A stretch of 64,000 nt of DNA, taken from assembly GCA_050298595.1 (NCBI GenBank), contig JBNKUM010000030.1, positions 34,723 through 98,722 of the forward strand, read 5' to 3'. The notes beneath the pieces were generated by a model. The model was not told the DNA's origin. It was given only the letters and a program-made list of their open reading frames with translations, and did not search any database. Each line of letters begins with the position of its first letter. Positions within the stretch are counted from its first letter, which is position 1. Position numbers and translations under genes: made by a program. Source of the DNA: Gammaproteobacteria bacterium. GTDB taxonomy: Bacteria; Pseudomonadota; Gammaproteobacteria; GCA-001735895. Shown here piece after piece: positions 62,249 to 64,000 of the stretch.

Positions 62249-63362
62249 GTGCCTAAAGCCAGGAAAACTCAGGTTTCTATTGAAGCCACCCCTTACTACC
62301 ATTGAATTTCCCGCTGTGTACCCAAAGCGCTTCGCGGGGCAGGCTCTCCGCCGTGCCTTTTTGTGCGGCAAAGATTCTCAATCCGGTCAGGATTATGAAC
62401 ACAGAAGACAGTGGATCGAAGATCGATTACTTTCATTATCCAACACCTTTGCTATCGATATCGCAGCCTACGCGATTATGAGCAATTACTATCATGTCGT
62501 ACTGCATTTCGATCAACCAAAAGCTGAAGCCTGGTCTACTCGTGAGGTCTGTACGCATTGGTACCAATTGTTTTCAGGCTTTAGCCTGTCCTATCGATAT
62601 CTGGCGGGAGAACCCTTATCACCTGCAGAAGAAGATCAGTTAGCGCAAAAAGTAAAAGAATGGCGACAACGCCTAATGGATATCAGTTGGTTCATGCGTT
62701 GTTTGAATGAACCTATTGCACGTCAGGCTAACCAGGAAGATAAGGCAACAGGCCGGTTTTATAAATGCCTTCCCTGGCATTTACCCTTCGGGCCAGCTTC
62801 ATCATTCAGCTGTTCAAAATGATTCCAGACCATTTTGTGGGAAGGACATTTCAAATCACAGGCCCTGCTAGATGAAAAAGCATTGGCAGCCTGCATGGCC
62901 TATGTCGATCTCAATCCCATTCGTTCCCGCATGGCAGAAACACCTGAAACATCGGATCACACCTCTGTTAAGAAACGCATCAAACACCAATCCCAGACTA
63001 CTCCAGTTAACCCAGAAGCAATACGTGCCCAACCCAGTGAGTTACTACCATTCGCAGGCTATCCGCGTGACAAGATGCCAAAAGGCTTACCCTTTCGCTA
63101 CACCGATTACCTTGAGCTGGCGGACTGGTCAGGACACATTCTCAGGGATGATAAAAAGGGATACATTCCGGAACATCTTCCTGACATACTCACCCGACTG
63201 AATATCGATCCCAGGCACTGGGTTTACCTGACGAAGGATTTCGAAATCCCTTTTAAATCACTGGTGGGTAGCGCATATAAAATCAGACAAGCCTGTGAGC
63301 AAATGGGCAAGAACTGGGTGCACGGCGTGAAGCGCTGCGCTGAAGTTTTTCCTGACACCTAA
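62249..63362 (+). pseudogene. RAYT-like Y1 transposase disrupted by a stop codon and two hairpin insertions
   Basis: AAGGAG RBS, GTG 62249: PKARKTQVSIEATPYYH*ISRCV [28-bp insert] RRAFLCG..MSNYYHVVL..DISWFMR..GRF [78-bp insert] WEGHFKSQ..YVDLNPIR. Confidence 0.9.
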
Positions 63363-63567
63363 CCCCAACAACCCTCTAAATATTCTTTCAAACACCAACC
63401 TTGTATCAAAGGTTGCCGGATCATTTTGTCCTTTGAAGCCAGCCGAAGAAAAAACATTCACTAAGGTTAAACAAAAATCTATTTTTGACTTAATACCCCT
63501 TTCATTTAACTGAAACCATAGCTGAATAGTTGAAGCTTTATTTCCTTTCTAATCGCTGGGTAATCGC

Positions 63568-64000
63568 GTCGCCGTAGGGCCCTGGCTCGTGATCAAAGGT
63601 CACTCACCAGGCCCCCGGCGCAGATCCGTACGTGCGCTACTAACGCATACGGCTCCTGCCTTGAGTCAAACATACCACCGGTGATTCGGATATGGGTGAT
63701 TGAGCCTACATTGCTCTACCCATAGGTCTAAGACATAGTGCAAATAGATATTCGCATAAAAGGGCGATACTGACCCTTGCGGCGTTCCGACCGTTGTCTT
63801 TGACCAAACCCCTTCTTATTCAACTCCTGCTGTTGAATTGAAGCTTGGGTTCCCGCTTAGCAGCGGCACGTATACGCGCCAGTCCGCTCTCTGTTCCTTC
63901 CAGGCACTGTGTCCCGGTCACAGGAGGCTGACACGTATTTCTCTTGGCCAAAACCCTTCGCTCCACGAATTCCGCCGATTTCAATGTTTACTGTCCTCTT
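63568..64000 (-). mobile_element. Group II intron, 3' portion, with internally deleted reverse transcriptase ORF
   Basis: Domain V GAGCCGTATGCGTTAGTAGCGCACGTACGGATC (63623-63655); domain VI ending CCCTACGGCGAC; RT fragments GLARIRAAAKREPKLQF, GTPQGSVSPFYANIYLHYVLDLW, HPYP. Confidence 0.92.

Noticed and set aside
62247-62822. 191-aa ORF as an intact transposase
   Set aside because: Its N- and C-termini come from a wrong frame and an insertion; it is part of one pseudogene starting at 62249.
62761-62838. tRNA-like cloverleaf
   Set aside because: Four serial hairpins with no acceptor stem, no properly placed T-loop and no CCA.

Overview
Chromosomal window from a moderately AT-rich, probably marine Gammaproteobacterium (inferred from gene content). 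It holds ordinary housekeeping blocks (purB-roxA, yoaA-lpoP-like-mrcB, aroG, yebC, lemA-htpX-like) and metabolic or stress modules: xylFHG with a divergent CRTAC1/ASPIC-UnbV gene, a collapsed glucose ABC operon next to glk and a ROK regulator, phoU plus arsJ-gap, a TPP decarboxylase with an aldehyde dehydrogenase, and rubrerythrin-Fe-S oxidoreductase-DUF3501. Intergenic regions carry many MITE- and REP-like elements. The last ~7.5 kb is a mobile-DNA hot spot. It contains a minus-strand integron cassette array with five attC-like sites and no integrase in the window, including a 2-kb GGDEF-EAL cassette, plus two pseudogenised RAYT-type Y1 transposases, an IS1182-like end, IS91-like remnants and an internally deleted group II intron. 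The most unusual unannotated unit is at ~27.98-28.33 kb: sigma70 promoter, 16-aa Phe/Thr-rich leader peptide, attenuator-like terminator, 28-aa hydrophobic peptide, terminator. No rRNA, tRNA or CRISPR array was seen. All family calls come from reading motifs by eye; no database searches were run.
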